NCBI GenBank assembly: GCA_963822945.1
Contig: CAWGJO010000020.1
Coordinates: 224,001 to 288,000 of the forward strand
Length of the DNA: 64,000 nt
Reading direction: 5' to 3'
DNA from: an uncultured Gemmatimonadaceae bacterium
Lineage (GTDB): Bacteria > Gemmatimonadota > Gemmatimonadetes > Gemmatimonadales > Gemmatimonadaceae
Part shown: piece by piece, positions 1 to 10,642 of the stretch
Layout: every line of letters begins with the position of its first letter
Numbering within the stretch: position 1 is the stretch's first letter
Translations under genes and position numbers: made by a program
Notes under the pieces: generated by a model
The model's input: the letters and a program-made list of their open reading frames with translations, nothing else
Told to the model about the DNA's origin: nothing
The model's database searches: none

Positions 1-89
1 GCGGCCGGACTGCGCACGGCGGCCACGATCAAGCCGGCGATCGTGCCCAGCAGGACCGCGATCACCATTTGGACGGGCAGCTTCTTCAT
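1..89 (-). CDS. N-terminus of a probable dicarboxylate/amino acid:cation symporter (DAACS family); runs off the window edge
   Basis: Manual translation from ATG at 89 gives MKKLPVQMVIAVLLGTIAGLIVAAVRSPA, which resembles the first TM helix of GltP/DctA. It starts 11 bp downstream of the patatin gene stop. Confidence 0.5.
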   Translation of the reverse strand, partial: MKKLPVQMVIAVLLGTIAGLIVAAVRSPA

Positions 90-100
90 GCGCGGGAGGG

Positions 101-2314
101 TCAGAAGGTGGCGCCGAAGTTGATCTCGATCACCGGTCGTTGATGCAGCGATCGCGAACCGAAGGTAATCGACACCGGCCCGGGCGCCAGCATCGTGCCG
201 ATCGTCAGGCCGCCGCCCCGCAGGTACGAGCGCCAGCCGACGGGAGCCGGCCAGGTGTCGAACACGTTCCCGACGTTCCCGCGCAGGCTCACGAAGATGT
301 TGTCGCGCACCTCCGCCTGGATCCCCGCCTGCGCGACGTGCACCACCGTCCCCTCCGCGGACTGCGCATCAATGCCCAGGAAGGGCACGAATTGCGACGG
401 CCACACCGACGACGGAACGCTCCCGCCCAGAAAGAACCGGTCGTGCAGCGGCAGCGTACTCCCCGAGGCGTATCCCACGTCGACCCGACCGAGCAGCGAC
501 ACGTGGCTGCCCACCGGCAGCGCGCCCTGCAGATCCGCGAACCGCCGCCCGAACGACCGGCCGTGTCCGAGATCCCCGTTCCAGACCATCAGCGCCGAGG
601 TGCCCGTCGTGGGCGCGAACACCCGGTCGTAGGTATCGAGCGAGAGGATGCCGCCGATCGTCGTGTAGCTCTGTGACCGCAGGACCAGCAGGCTGTCGCC
701 ACCGCGCACGCCGTCGCTCGATCGCGCGTGCGTGAGCTCCACGCCGATGTATCCGGCGTGGCCGAGCACGCGCGCGACCTGCGCCGACACCTCGTGCACG
801 TCGAGCACCGGCGCCGACCCCACGCCCGGCGGCCGGATGTGCGGCAGCGACGTGCGGGTGAAGGTGGCACGGAAGGTCTGCAGGAAGCGGGCCTCGGGGC
901 CGGCGCCGAGCAGGAACCGCCCGTCGAACTGGAGCTCATCACCCAACCGCGCGCTCAGGGCAACCTTCGACCCCGGCGTCAGCCAGTCGTTCACCGTCGC
1001 GCCCACGAGCAACGCGGCGCCGCGCGGGGTGCCGTAGCGGACCCCCACGCCCACCACGTCCCGATCGCCCTCGGTGAGGTCGAACAACAGATTGTCGCCG
1101 CCGGGACGCGGTTGCACGCGGTAGCTCACCTGATCGAACCGCCCGGCGGAGTAGATCCGTTCCACCGCATCCGCCACCTGGGATTCGGTGACCCAGGTGC
1201 TGTCGCGAAGTCCGACGGCGGCACGCGCGAGTGCGTCGGCGCCCGGGCTCACCGTGCTCCAACTCACCTGGAGCAGGAAGATGGAGTCGTCGGGCGCGAG
1301 GGCGGGCCGCGGCGGAATGGCGCCTCGCACGGCATGCTCCGAATCGGCGATCGCCATGAGCGCCTGCCGCTGGGCGAGCGCCGCGGCGCGGCCGCGGTCG
1401 ATCCAGACCTGCGCGCGGCTGAAGTCGAGCGAGGGAATTCCGTTGACGTCGGGATCGATCACCACGTTGCACAACGGCCGCTCGATCTTGTTGGACGCCT
1501 GCACGCGGAACGACACCGCCTGCTGCATGACGTCGATGAGCGAGTGCAGGCTGTCGGCCGGCGACGGGCGTTCGGACACGTCCACGCAGATCACCAGGTC
1601 CGCGCCCATCGCCCGCGCGTCCTCGGCGGGGAGATTGCGCACCACGGCGCCGTCCACCACCCGCCGGCCGTCGGGGAGCGTGACCGGGGCAAAGGCGCCG
1701 GGCACCGCGGCGCTCGCCTCGATGGCCTGGGCCAGCGATCCGTGCTGGAGGAGGATCGGATCCCCGGTGTTGAGGTCCGTCACGAGCGCCCCGAACGCCG
1801 TCGGGAGCTTGTTGAAGTCGGTGATGTCGTGGACGGGCCAGGTGTAGCGCTCCAGGTGCTCGGCGATCGCCTGGCGGGGCACCACCCCCTGCGGCAGCGC
1901 GATGCGTGCGTGCTCGAGCGGGAAGGTGATCATGTACTTCTCGCTCGCCGCCTTCTCGGCCGGGCTCTGCTGCCGGCGGTCGGTGGGCCGGCGGAACAGT
2001 TTTCCCCAGTCCTCGCTCGTCACCAGCGTGTCGAGCTGCGCCGGGGAGTAGCCGGCGGCGTACAGGCCGCCGATGATGGCGCCCATGCTCGTGCCGGTGA
2101 CCAGATCCACGTGGATGCCGAGTTGGTGGAGCACCTGGAGCACGCCGATATGGGCGAAACCCTTGGCGCTCCCCCCGCTGAGCACCAGGCCCACAATGGG
2201 ATGGGGTACGCCGGTCACGGGGACGGCGGGAGCGGCCTGCGCCGCACCCTCCGCGGCGCAGAACGCGAGGAGTGCCGACGCGACGGCGCAGCGGAGGGTG
2301 TGGCGAGTGTGCAC
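101..2314 (-). CDS. Patatin-like phospholipase fused to POTRA and an Omp85-type beta-barrel (PlpD/type Vd-like)
   Basis: Signal peptide, LVLSGGSAKG oxyanion motif, GTSMG nucleophile and DGA motif; the C-terminal barrel ends in INFGATF. Confidence 0.85.
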   Translation of the reverse strand: MHTRHTLRCAVASALLAFCAAEGAAQAAPAVPVTGVPHPIVGLVLSGGSAKGFAHIGVLQVLHQLGIHVDLVTGTSMGAIIGGLYAAGYSPAQLDTLVTSEDWGKLFRRPTDRRQQSPAEKAASEKYMITFPLEHARIALPQGVVPRQAIAEHLERYTWPVHDITDFNKLPTAFGALVTDLNTGDPILLQHGSLAQAIEASAAVPGAFAPVTLPDGRRVVDGAVVRNLPAEDARAMGADLVICVDVSERPSPADSLHSLIDVMQQAVSFRVQASNKIERPLCNVVIDPDVNGIPSLDFSRAQVWIDRGRAAALAQRQALMAIADSEHAVRGAIPPRPALAPDDSIFLLQVSWSTVSPGADALARAAVGLRDSTWVTESQVADAVERIYSAGRFDQVSYRVQPRPGGDNLLFDLTEGDRDVVGVGVRYGTPRGAALLVGATVNDWLTPGSKVALSARLGDELQFDGRFLLGAGPEARFLQTFRATFTRTSLPHIRPPGVGSAPVLDVHEVSAQVARVLGHAGYIGVELTHARSSDGVRGGDSLLVLRSQSYTTIGGILSLDTYDRVFAPTTGTSALMVWNGDLGHGRSFGRRFADLQGALPVGSHVSLLGRVDVGYASGSTLPLHDRFFLGGSVPSSVWPSQFVPFLGIDAQSAEGTVVHVAQAGIQAEVRDNIFVSLRGNVGNVFDTWPAPVGWRSYLRGGGLTIGTMLAPGPVSITFGSRSLHQRPVIEINFGATF

Positions 2315-2322
2315 GAACAGAG

Positions 2323-3798
2323 CTACGGACTACCGTTTGGTATCGGGTGGCCTTCGATGTCGAGATGAACGATCGGCGCGATCCCCGTGGCCCGCAACGG
2401 CTGTTCGATCTCCGACCGGTCGCCCACGATCACGATGTTCAGGTGATCGAGGTCGATGTACTTCCTTGCGACCCTCACCAGGTCGTCTTTGGTCACCGCG
2501 TTGATGCGATCGGCGAGCGTCTGATAGTAATCGGGCGCGAGCCCCTCCACATAGAGGGCCGAGATCGCGGCCGAGGTGGCGTTCACCGACGCAAAGATCT
2601 GCGGCAGGCGCTGGATGAGGGCGGCCTTGCCCTGCGCCATCTCGTCGTCGGTGAAGGGTACGCCGCCCTGCACCCCCTTCAGGTGCGCCATGAAGGCAAT
2701 GAGCGCGCTGTCCGTCTTGGCACTGACGATCGACCCGCCGGCGTAGAAGCTGCCGGGACCCTTCCCGTACGCGAACCGCGAACCGACGCCGTAGCTGTAC
2801 CCCTTCACCTCGCGGATGTCGTGGTTCAGCCGCGACTGGAAGAGCCCGCCGAGGATCGTATTCATGACCTGGAGGGCGTCGTAGTCCGGCGTGGTGCGCG
2901 GGGGACCCGGAATGCCGATGGCGAACACCGACTGTGGCGCCTTGGGCTTGTCCACGAGGTAGATGGTGGTGGGCCGGGCCGCCGGCACCGCCGGATAGTC
3001 GAACGACGGCATTTTGCCCCCGGCCGTCCAGCCGGCCAGCGCCTGCTCTACCGTCGCTTTCACCGCGGCGGGGTCGACATCGCCCACCACCGTGATCAGG
3101 GCATGTCCCGGCGTGAAGTACTGGTCGTGGAACGCGATGACGTCGGCGCGCGTGACGGCGTTGACGCTCCCCTCGGTCTCGAACCGGCCGTACGGGTGAT
3201 CGGCGCCGTAGAGCACGCGATCGAAGACGTTCGACGCGATCGCCGTCGGCTGGTCCTTGGCCTGCACCAGGCCCACGAGCGTGCGAGCCCTCAGCCGCTC
3301 GAGCGCGGAGTCGGGGAACGCGGGATGTTCCAGCATGTCGGCCATGACGGCCAGCACCTGCGGGTACTTGGCCCGGGTGGCCAGGAAGCTCATGGTGCCG
3401 GTCTCGCCGCCGATGCGGGTGTTCACGTTCGTACCCAGCAGTTCGAGGGCGTCGGAGAGCTGGTCGCCGGTGCGCGTGGCGGTGCCCTCGCTCAACATCG
3501 CCGCCGTCATGCCGGCGAGCCCGGTCTTGGCCGCCGGCTCGTACTGGTCGGCGCCGCCCACCCAGGTGATCGTGAACGAAACGAGCGGCAGGTCGTGCTT
3601 GGGCGACACCACCAACTGGGCGCCATTGGCGAGGGTGGTGTGCGTCCACGCCGGCACGTGGAGCGCGCGGGGCGCCGTCGGTGCGGGTGGGGTGCTGCGG
3701 TCGATCTTGCTGGGCCCGGCCTGCGCCGGCACCACGGACGGCGCGGCAAGCAGGAGCGTCGAGGCGAGCGCGAGTACGCGCGTGCGCATGGGGTTCAT
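2323..3798 (-). CDS. M16 (pitrilysin) family peptidase, non-catalytic subunit
   Basis: TLANG start and SRLNHDIREVKGYSY motif; no HxxEH; signal peptide. Confidence 0.88.
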   Translation of the reverse strand: MNPMRTRVLALASTLLLAAPSVVPAQAGPSKIDRSTPPAPTAPRALHVPAWTHTTLANGAQLVVSPKHDLPLVSFTITWVGGADQYEPAAKTGLAGMTAAMLSEGTATRTGDQLSDALELLGTNVNTRIGGETGTMSFLATRAKYPQVLAVMADMLEHPAFPDSALERLRARTLVGLVQAKDQPTAIASNVFDRVLYGADHPYGRFETEGSVNAVTRADVIAFHDQYFTPGHALITVVGDVDPAAVKATVEQALAGWTAGGKMPSFDYPAVPAARPTTIYLVDKPKAPQSVFAIGIPGPPRTTPDYDALQVMNTILGGLFQSRLNHDIREVKGYSYGVGSRFAYGKGPGSFYAGGSIVSAKTDSALIAFMAHLKGVQGGVPFTDDEMAQGKAALIQRLPQIFASVNATSAAISALYVEGLAPDYYQTLADRINAVTKDDLVRVARKYIDLDHLNIVIVGDRSEIEQPLRATGIAPIVHLDIEGHPIPNGSP

Positions 3799-5255
3799 CG
3801 CTGGCCCTCCGCGTTCGTGGGCATGGTGGGTGTCGGGCGCGCACTCACGCGCGTGCTGGCTTCGGGCTTGGACGCCTCGTCGAGCTTGCCCACGGGCACG
3901 ATGCTCAACACCACGCGCCCGCTGGTCAGGTACCGGTTGGCCACGCGCCGCACGTCGGCGGCGGTCACCGCCTGGGTGTTGGCGAGGTCCGTCTGAAACT
4001 GGTTGGGATCGTCATGGAAGACGCTCCCCTCGTTGAGCATGTCGGCCTTGGCGAGGTTCGACTGGAGGTTGCTGATGGCGCGCAGTTCCAGGCCGGCCTT
4101 CACCTTCTGGAGTTCCTGCGCCGTGGGCCCCTCGCGCTTGAGCCGGTCGATGATCGAGTCGGCGCTCAGTTCCAGGCTGGTGAGCGAGTGGCCGGGACGC
4201 GGGATGACGATCACCTGGAACTGTCCCACCAGTTCGTCCTCGTTCTGGTACGCGACCGCGTTGGCGGCCGATTGCCGGTCGTACACCAACCCCTTCGTGA
4301 GGCGCGCGGTTCGCGATCCGGAGAGGATGTCGCCGAGTACGTCCAGGGCGTACTGGTCGCGGCTGATCACTCCGACCGTGGGCCAGGTGATGTAGAGTCG
4401 CGGGATCTGGACACGGTCCTCATACACCAGCCGCTTCTCAGCGGCCAGGGTGACCGTCGGCGCCTGGGGACGGACGATCGGTTGGCCACGCGGGATCTCG
4501 CCGAAGTACTTGGTCACCCACGCTCTGGTCTGGCCGGGGTCGAAATCTCCGACGATCGCGACCGTGGCGTTGTTGGGAGCGTAGTAGAGGCGGAAGAAGT
4601 TCTTCACGTCCTCGGCTGAGGCGGCTGAGAGGTCGGCCATGCTGCCGATGACGGGCCAGTGGTACGGGTGGTCGTCGGGGTACATGGCGCCACTGATGAT
4701 CTCGCTGGCGCGGCCATAGGGGCGATTGTCGTAACTCTGGCGCCGCTCGTTCTTCACGATGTCGCGCTGCGCGTTGAGCTTGTCGATGTCCAGCGCGTCG
4801 AGCAGCCAACCCATGCGGTCGGACTCGAGCCAGAGTTCGTCCTCGAGGTAGTTCGAGGGCACCGTCTCGTAGTAGTTGGTCCGGTCGTTGGTGGTGGAGC
4901 CGTTGTTGTTGCCGCCCACACCCTCCGTGTACCGGTCGTGCATGCCGTAGGGCACGTGGCCGGAGCCCGTGAACATCACGTGCTCGAACAGGTGCGCGAA
5001 GCCGGTGCGGCCGGGCTTCTCGTTCTTCGAGCCGACGTGGTACCAGACGTCCACGGCGACCGTGGGCGTCGTGTGGTCCTCGGCGAGGATCACCGTGAGC
5101 CCGTTGGGGAGCGTGTAGCGCTCGAAGGGGATATGGATGGACGCCGAGGCGGCGGGCGTTGCCTGGGCCCATGCCGGTGGGGCGAGCGTGGCGGCGGCGA
5201 TGATGAGCGCGGCAGCGGCGAGCGTCCGCCGCGCGAACATGGGGGGAGTTCGCAT
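3795..5255 (-). CDS. M16 family zinc peptidase, catalytic subunit
   Basis: GFAHLFEHVMF (HxxEH) and NGSTTNDRTNYYE motifs; 4-bp overlap with the partner gene. Confidence 0.92.
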   Translation of the reverse strand: MRTPPMFARRTLAAAALIIAAATLAPPAWAQATPAASASIHIPFERYTLPNGLTVILAEDHTTPTVAVDVWYHVGSKNEKPGRTGFAHLFEHVMFTGSGHVPYGMHDRYTEGVGGNNNGSTTNDRTNYYETVPSNYLEDELWLESDRMGWLLDALDIDKLNAQRDIVKNERRQSYDNRPYGRASEIISGAMYPDDHPYHWPVIGSMADLSAASAEDVKNFFRLYYAPNNATVAIVGDFDPGQTRAWVTKYFGEIPRGQPIVRPQAPTVTLAAEKRLVYEDRVQIPRLYITWPTVGVISRDQYALDVLGDILSGSRTARLTKGLVYDRQSAANAVAYQNEDELVGQFQVIVIPRPGHSLTSLELSADSIIDRLKREGPTAQELQKVKAGLELRAISNLQSNLAKADMLNEGSVFHDDPNQFQTDLANTQAVTAADVRRVANRYLTSGRVVLSIVPVGKLDEASKPEASTRVSARPTPTMPTNAEGQR

Positions 5256-5345
5256 GGGATATTCGGGTTGGGGAATGAACGGACCGACGGATGAAGCATC
5301 GGTTGGACACCCGCCGGAAGCAAGCGGTTGATCGTATGCGATCCG

Positions 5346-7781
5346 TCAGGTCGAGCGGAGGAGCTCCACCGGATCGGCGCGCACGGCACGGCGGATCGGG
5401 ACGATGCAGGCGGTGAGGGAGGCGATCACGACGACGGCCTCGGCGACGACGAGCGCCACCGCGCCCTCGACGCCGTGGGCGTTCTCGAACGCGGGGAAAG
5501 CCACGATCAGCGCTCCCGTCGCGCCCAGTGCCGTCCCCCCGAGCACCATCTCCATCGCCTCGCGCACCACGATGTGGGCGATGTCGGGAGTTCGGGCACC
5601 GAGCGCCGTCCGCATCGCGAACTCCCGCAGCCGTTGTCCTACCGCGTAGCCGAGAACGCCGTAGACGCCGACCGCCGATAGCAGCACCGCAAAGGCACCG
5701 AAGGCCACGAACAGGAGGGTGGTGAGACGCGCGACCCGCAACCCTTCGTCGTACTCGGCCTGCGGTGATCGGAATTCCGTGACCACGCCGCCCGCCGGCA
5801 CGGCGGCCCGGACCACCCGGTAGACCGCACCCGACGCCCGCGCGGGCGGAATCGTGGTACGCGCCGCCACGGTTGCGGCCCGACAGTCCAGGTGGCGGAC
5901 GACCGTCAGAAACGGCGTGCCGTCCCACGTGGAGTCGGCGTCGGCGACCTCCGGCCCGACGACACCCACCACCTCGACCCACGGGGCGCTCGATGCCGCC
6001 GGACCGAGCTTGAGCAACCGGCCGACCGGCGACATGAAGGGCCACAACTTCGCGGCGAGGGCACGGTTGACGATCGCAACTCCAGGGCCGTGGGCATCGC
6101 CGGCTTCGAAGTCGCGGCCGGCCACGATCGGAAATCCGTACACGCGGAAGTAGTCCGGTGTGGTCGCGGTGTAGCCAAGCGACATTCCGCGACCGAGCAC
6201 GATCTGGATTGGCGAGCCCGGTTGGTCGGACGTGATCTGGTTGGCCATCGGAAATTCGGTAGAGAACGCGGCGGCGTACCGAACGCCGCCGACCGCCGCC
6301 ACGCGATGCGACATATCGAGCCAGAACTGCTGACGGCCATTCAGGCTGTCGCACGACCGCCGGGGCTGGACCCTCGCCGACAGTACGTGTTCGGCATCGT
6401 AGGGGAATATCGGGTGCGAGTCGTGCCGCCAGACATTCAGCGCGAAGGTCGCCGCGATCATGACGACGAGCGCCACCGCGATTTCGCCAACGGTCACGAG
6501 CCGGTACACGCGGCCCCGCCGCCCCGTGCTCGCCCCGCCGCCGTCTTTCATCGCATCGCTCACGTTGGCCCTCGACCCGTGAAGCGCCGGCGCGAGCCCG
6601 GCCGCGATCATGGTCGCCGCCGTCACGACCACGCCCACCGCCACCACGCGCCAGCTCACATGGGGCGTGACGAAGCCCAGCTGGCGAATCATCGTCGGCA
6701 TGTGCGACTCGGTGAGCTTCACGCCCCAGACGGAGAGCAGCACCCCCCAGAGCCCGCCGACCACGGCCAGCAATCCGGCCTCCGCGAACACGTGGCGCAT
6801 GATCGCACCGCGACTCGCCCCGAGTGCGAGGCGCACCGCCAGCTCCCGGCGGCGCGCGAGGCCGCGCACGAGCATCAGGTTGGCCAGATTGAGGCAGGCC
6901 ACGAGGAGCACGAGCACCGAGATCACCGCGGTGGCGATCGCCCCGCCATCCGGCCGGCCGTGACCGGGCAAGAGCGGATCGAGTCGATAGGCCACCATCG
7001 TCGGGTCCGCCGAGTACTGACGTGCAATCTGGCCGGCAATCCCGCCGAGTTGCGGCAGGATCCGGGACCGCGTATCGCCGGGTTTGAGACGCACCAGCGC
7101 ATGAACCCAGTCGGCCCCGTCCCTCGATGTCTCGCGCGCACGAGGCATGGCGAGCCAGAAGTCCGCGCTCGCCGGGTAGTGCATCGCCGGTGGCATGACG
7201 CCGATGACCGAGTAGGTGCGGCCGTTGAACGCGAAGTGAAGCTTGGCGAGATCCGGCGCACCGCCGAAATCCTCCTCCCAGAGCTGGTAACTGATCACCG
7301 CCGCCCCGGCATCGGCCGGGTCGTCGCGCGTGGTGTCGAACACGCGCCCGACGACCGGTTTCACGCCGAGCACGTTGAACAGCCGGGTTCCGGTAGTGAT
7401 CGCGAAGGTCGACACCAGATGCCCATTGGCCTCGGTCACCCCGCGCGTGAAATCGTAGGGCACGATGTCGGCGTACAGATCCTTTCGCGCGCGGACCGCC
7501 AGGTACATGGGCCGCTGCAGGAAGACCTTGCGGGGCGTCATGCCGTATGGATCCAGGTCGAAGAGCCGCTGCGGCTGCGCATACGGCACGTACGGGTCGA
7601 TGATCGCCTCGATCATCGAGAGCATCGTCGTATTGAGCCCGATCGCCAACCCCAGCGACAGCACCGCGATGGCCACGAACCCCGGACTCCGCCGGAGCGA
7701 TCGCAGTGCGGCCAGCACATCGTGGTGACCGGTGAAGAGGCGTTCGAGGATCGGCGCGCGATGTCGTTCTCCGTCCGTCAC
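5346..7781 (-). CDS. ADOP-type duplicated ABC permease (MacB/FtsX domains)
   Basis: LRSLRRSPGF, ACLNLANLMLVRGLARRRELAVRLALGA, QRLREFAMRTALGA and C-terminal RADPVELLRST motifs. The GTG start at 7781 overlaps the upstream TGA. Confidence 0.88.
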   Translation of the reverse strand: MTDGERHRAPILERLFTGHHDVLAALRSLRRSPGFVAIAVLSLGLAIGLNTTMLSMIEAIIDPYVPYAQPQRLFDLDPYGMTPRKVFLQRPMYLAVRARKDLYADIVPYDFTRGVTEANGHLVSTFAITTGTRLFNVLGVKPVVGRVFDTTRDDPADAGAAVISYQLWEEDFGGAPDLAKLHFAFNGRTYSVIGVMPPAMHYPASADFWLAMPRARETSRDGADWVHALVRLKPGDTRSRILPQLGGIAGQIARQYSADPTMVAYRLDPLLPGHGRPDGGAIATAVISVLVLLVACLNLANLMLVRGLARRRELAVRLALGASRGAIMRHVFAEAGLLAVVGGLWGVLLSVWGVKLTESHMPTMIRQLGFVTPHVSWRVVAVGVVVTAATMIAAGLAPALHGSRANVSDAMKDGGGASTGRRGRVYRLVTVGEIAVALVVMIAATFALNVWRHDSHPIFPYDAEHVLSARVQPRRSCDSLNGRQQFWLDMSHRVAAVGGVRYAAAFSTEFPMANQITSDQPGSPIQIVLGRGMSLGYTATTPDYFRVYGFPIVAGRDFEAGDAHGPGVAIVNRALAAKLWPFMSPVGRLLKLGPAASSAPWVEVVGVVGPEVADADSTWDGTPFLTVVRHLDCRAATVAARTTIPPARASGAVYRVVRAAVPAGGVVTEFRSPQAEYDEGLRVARLTTLLFVAFGAFAVLLSAVGVYGVLGYAVGQRLREFAMRTALGARTPDIAHIVVREAMEMVLGGTALGATGALIVAFPAFENAHGVEGAVALVVAEAVVVIASLTACIVPIRRAVRADPVELLRST

Positions 7782-8044
7782 GTAGACCTCAGGAGGTCGA
7801 CAGGATCGGCGCGGGTCGCACGAATCGCCGGCCCCATGGCCGCCAGCAGCGACACGCCGATCAGGATGGCCTCGGCGGATACGGGCGCCGGCGCGTCTAT
7901 CGGGTCGACGCGGCACAGCCGCCGCCTGATGCTCTGCGCACCGAGTGCAATGCGCATGGCGAATTCGCGCGTGCGCCGCGCGCCACTGAATCCGGGACTC
8001 TTGAGCACCGCGCGATAGGTCGCGCGCTCGGGCAGGAATCGCAT
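7778..8044 (-). pseudogene. Internally deleted 88-aa remnant of an ADOP permease, still an open frame
   Basis: MRFLPERATYRAVLKSPGFS-GARRTREFAMRIALGA-...-PAIRATRADPVDLLRST: the first and last ADOP motifs are joined directly. Confidence 0.7.
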
Positions 8045-8208
8045 GCGTCCCCCGGGACGGCCACGGGGAGGATGGTCGCGGGACTGTATTGGAATAGCGA
8101 TACAGTACGGCGACGTCCGGTAAACGTCAAGCACGGATTGTAGAGAACTCGAAACTGGCGGTCAGCCGGTCGCGGCCACCGACGGTCAGCGGAGATTCGT
8201 GATCCGGC

Positions 8209-10057
8209 TCACCGGGTCAGCCCCAGCGCCTTCAACCAGCCCGCCAGCCCCGGGTAGTTCGGCGCCAGGCGCGCCACCCCCATCGCCGCCGCCCGCGCCC
8301 CTTCGATGTCGCGGGCAACCGCCAGCACCAGAGAAAGCTGATACAGCGGCTGGGGGTCGTTGGGACTCAGTTGCACGGCCTGCCGCAGATAGCCCACGGC
8401 GTTCTGCAGGTCCTTGGCCTTCGCCGCAATCTCGCCCAACTCGAACGCCGTGTACTTCGACGGTTGGATGGAGTACGCGCGTTTGAGATACGCCACCGCG
8501 CGCGTCGTGTCCTTCATCTCCATCAGCGCGTGCCCGGCCAACTCGTACGGCGGCCCGGCCAGGGGTTGCTCGCGAATCAATCCCTGGTACTCCGCGAATG
8601 CCGAGTCGGGAAATCCGCGCATCTCGTAGCTTCGTCCCGACGTCGAGCTTGGCCTGCCGCCAGGGCAGCCCCGCCGACGCCAGGAAGGCGAGACTGTCCA
8701 CCGGTCCCTTCGGGCGGTACGTGCCGCGATAGTCGCTGTCCTGCGCCGCGGGCACGAACGGCCACCGCGTGGTGAGCGTGGTCACCGTGTGCTGCACCAT
8801 CCGCCGGTCGAACGGCGTGATATCCATCCCGGCCACGTACGTCGACCACGGCTTCAGACGGCTGAGTTGCACCGGCCGGCCGAGGAACTTCGCGCTGTCG
8901 AGCGCGTCGAAGAACTCGTGCCCGATGAGCGCCACGCCGGCCTGGTTGGGATGCAGGTGCTCGAGGATCAGGTTGTGCCCGATGATGCCCCCGGGCGACG
9001 CCGCCCGGAACGCCTCGACCACCGGCACGTAGGTAGCGCCTTCCTGCTTCGCCACTTCGCGGATCACGGTGTTGAATTCGCTCGGCGCCCGGAACCGGAT
9101 GACGTCCAGATCGCGGGCTCTGACGAACAGCCGTTCCGCATCGGCGGTGTCACCGCGCGCCTCGGTGGCCTGCGCCGAATCGAAGACGGCGTCGGCCCCG
9201 CCCGGCTCGGCGTTCACCGGCGACGCGAAGGGATGCATGCCACCCTCATTGCTGGCCAGGCTGGCGATGAACACCGGCACGTGCGCGGCGCGGAACTCTC
9301 CCAGGATCCGCTGGAGATTGCTGCGGAACTGGCGCACGCCCGCCTCGTACGCCGGCCCCCCGAGCGTGATCTGCTGGTTGCCCGCCACCACTTCCATGAA
9401 GCTCGCCGCCTGCTGCGCGTTGGCGGCCCGCTTGGTGAAGGCGCGGCGCAGTTTCGCAATCCCGTCGCGCAGCAGCATGAAGGTCCGGAACCGCTCCAGC
9501 CACAGATACGCGCGCACCGCGCCGGGCGACGATCCCACGCTCTCGGTGGACCCCACGCCGAGCGCGCCGTAGTACTCATTGTGGCCCGAGTAGATGAGCA
9601 CGGCGTCGGGATGCTGGGCGATCACGGCGCGGGTCTGATCGAGCACCGCGTACGTGTTGGTGGCCGGGATCGCCAGGTTGATCACTTCGACGGAATCGCC
9701 CGGCATCACGTCGCGCAGCGCGTCCTGCAACAAGTGCGAGAAGGTCCCGGTGGGCGGCCACGGAAACCCGGCGGCGGACGACGCGCCGAGCACGAAGACC
9801 CGGAATGCCTTGGCCGGTTTGTGCGCGGCAAAGGCATCCATCAGCGGCGCCGGCGGATGCTCCTGCAGCGTGAAGTAGCGGCGGCCCAGCTCCGGATTCG
9901 GCATCAGGTAGTCGCCCATGGCTGCCGGCGCGTGCACGAACACGGGAACGGCTCCCGCCGGCCAGGCTACGCGCAGCACGACTTCCACGGCACCCAGCAG
10001 CAGGAAGGGCGTGAGCAGCGTGATTGCCATGAACAGCCAGTAGCGGCCGCGCGTCAT
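8209..10057 (-). CDS. Membrane-anchored SGNH/GDSL hydrolase with TPR repeats (SxtL-like position); apparent frameshift near 8630
   Basis: N-terminal TM helix, VFVLGASSAAG block I, GHNEYYG, LASN and LEHLHPN motifs. The TPR tail (MRGFPDSAFAEYQ...) continues in ORF 8209..8622. Confidence 0.75.
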
Positions 10058-10215
10058 CAGAAGATGGAGTAGATGAAGGGCGCCAACGCCGACCCCTGCA
10101 CCAGCAACAGCAACGCACTGGCCAGAATCAGCAGGACGATGATGGGAAGCAGCCAGAGCTTCTTCCGCTGGCGCATGAACGCCCACAATTGCCGCAGCAC
10201 ACTCCACGTGGCCAT
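10057..10215 (-). CDS. DUF5989 / SxtK-like small membrane protein, 52 aa
   Basis: LWAFMRQRKKLWLLPIIVLLIL...GSALAPFIYSIF is the family signature. Confidence 0.9.
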   Translation of the reverse strand: MATWSVLRQLWAFMRQRKKLWLLPIIVLLILASALLLLVQGSALAPFIYSIF

Positions 10216-10228
10216 CAACGACTCCGCG

Positions 10229-10642
10229 TCAGAACTGGCGCTCCAGCGCCCGATGCCGCTCGTCGGCATCGCGTGGTGCACGCGGAATCCAGCAGGTGGG
10301 GGAATCCGGATTCCGCGCCAGCGGGCTGCGGCCGAACGTCCGCCGCAGGTACCCGATGGGTGTCAACGCTACGTAATAAATGATCGCCAGCGCAATCGGA
10401 CCGGTCACGCGGCCGATCGCGTGGCCCAACGCCATCCACCCCCGCTCTACCGGCCCCAGCCGGGTCGGCACGAGCACGCCCAGCAGCAAGAGCAGGACGC
10501 CGAGAGCGAACGCCACCTCGGCCCCCAGCGTGCGGTGCCGGAACGCGAGCAGCGCCGAGAGCACGGAGAAGGCCGCGCCGAGCGTGAACGCGAACTTCAT
10601 CCCTTCGCGCCGGGTCAGTCGAGTGGGAGCGGGCGCTGCCAT
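10229..10642 (-). CDS. SxtJ-family membrane protein
   Basis: WMALGHAIGRVTGPIALAIIYYVALTPIG motif and C-terminal LERQF. Confidence 0.85.
   Translation of the reverse strand: MAAPAPTRLTRREGMKFAFTLGAAFSVLSALLAFRHRTLGAEVAFALGVLLLLLGVLVPTRLGPVERGWMALGHAIGRVTGPIALAIIYYVALTPIGYLRRTFGRSPLARNPDSPTCWIPRAPRDADERHRALERQF

Noticed and set aside
5346..8044. Diversity-generating retroelement template/variable repeat pair (mini-ORF versus the permease 3' end)
   Set aside because: The differences are not adenine-specific, the similarity is mainly at protein level, and no reverse transcriptase is present.
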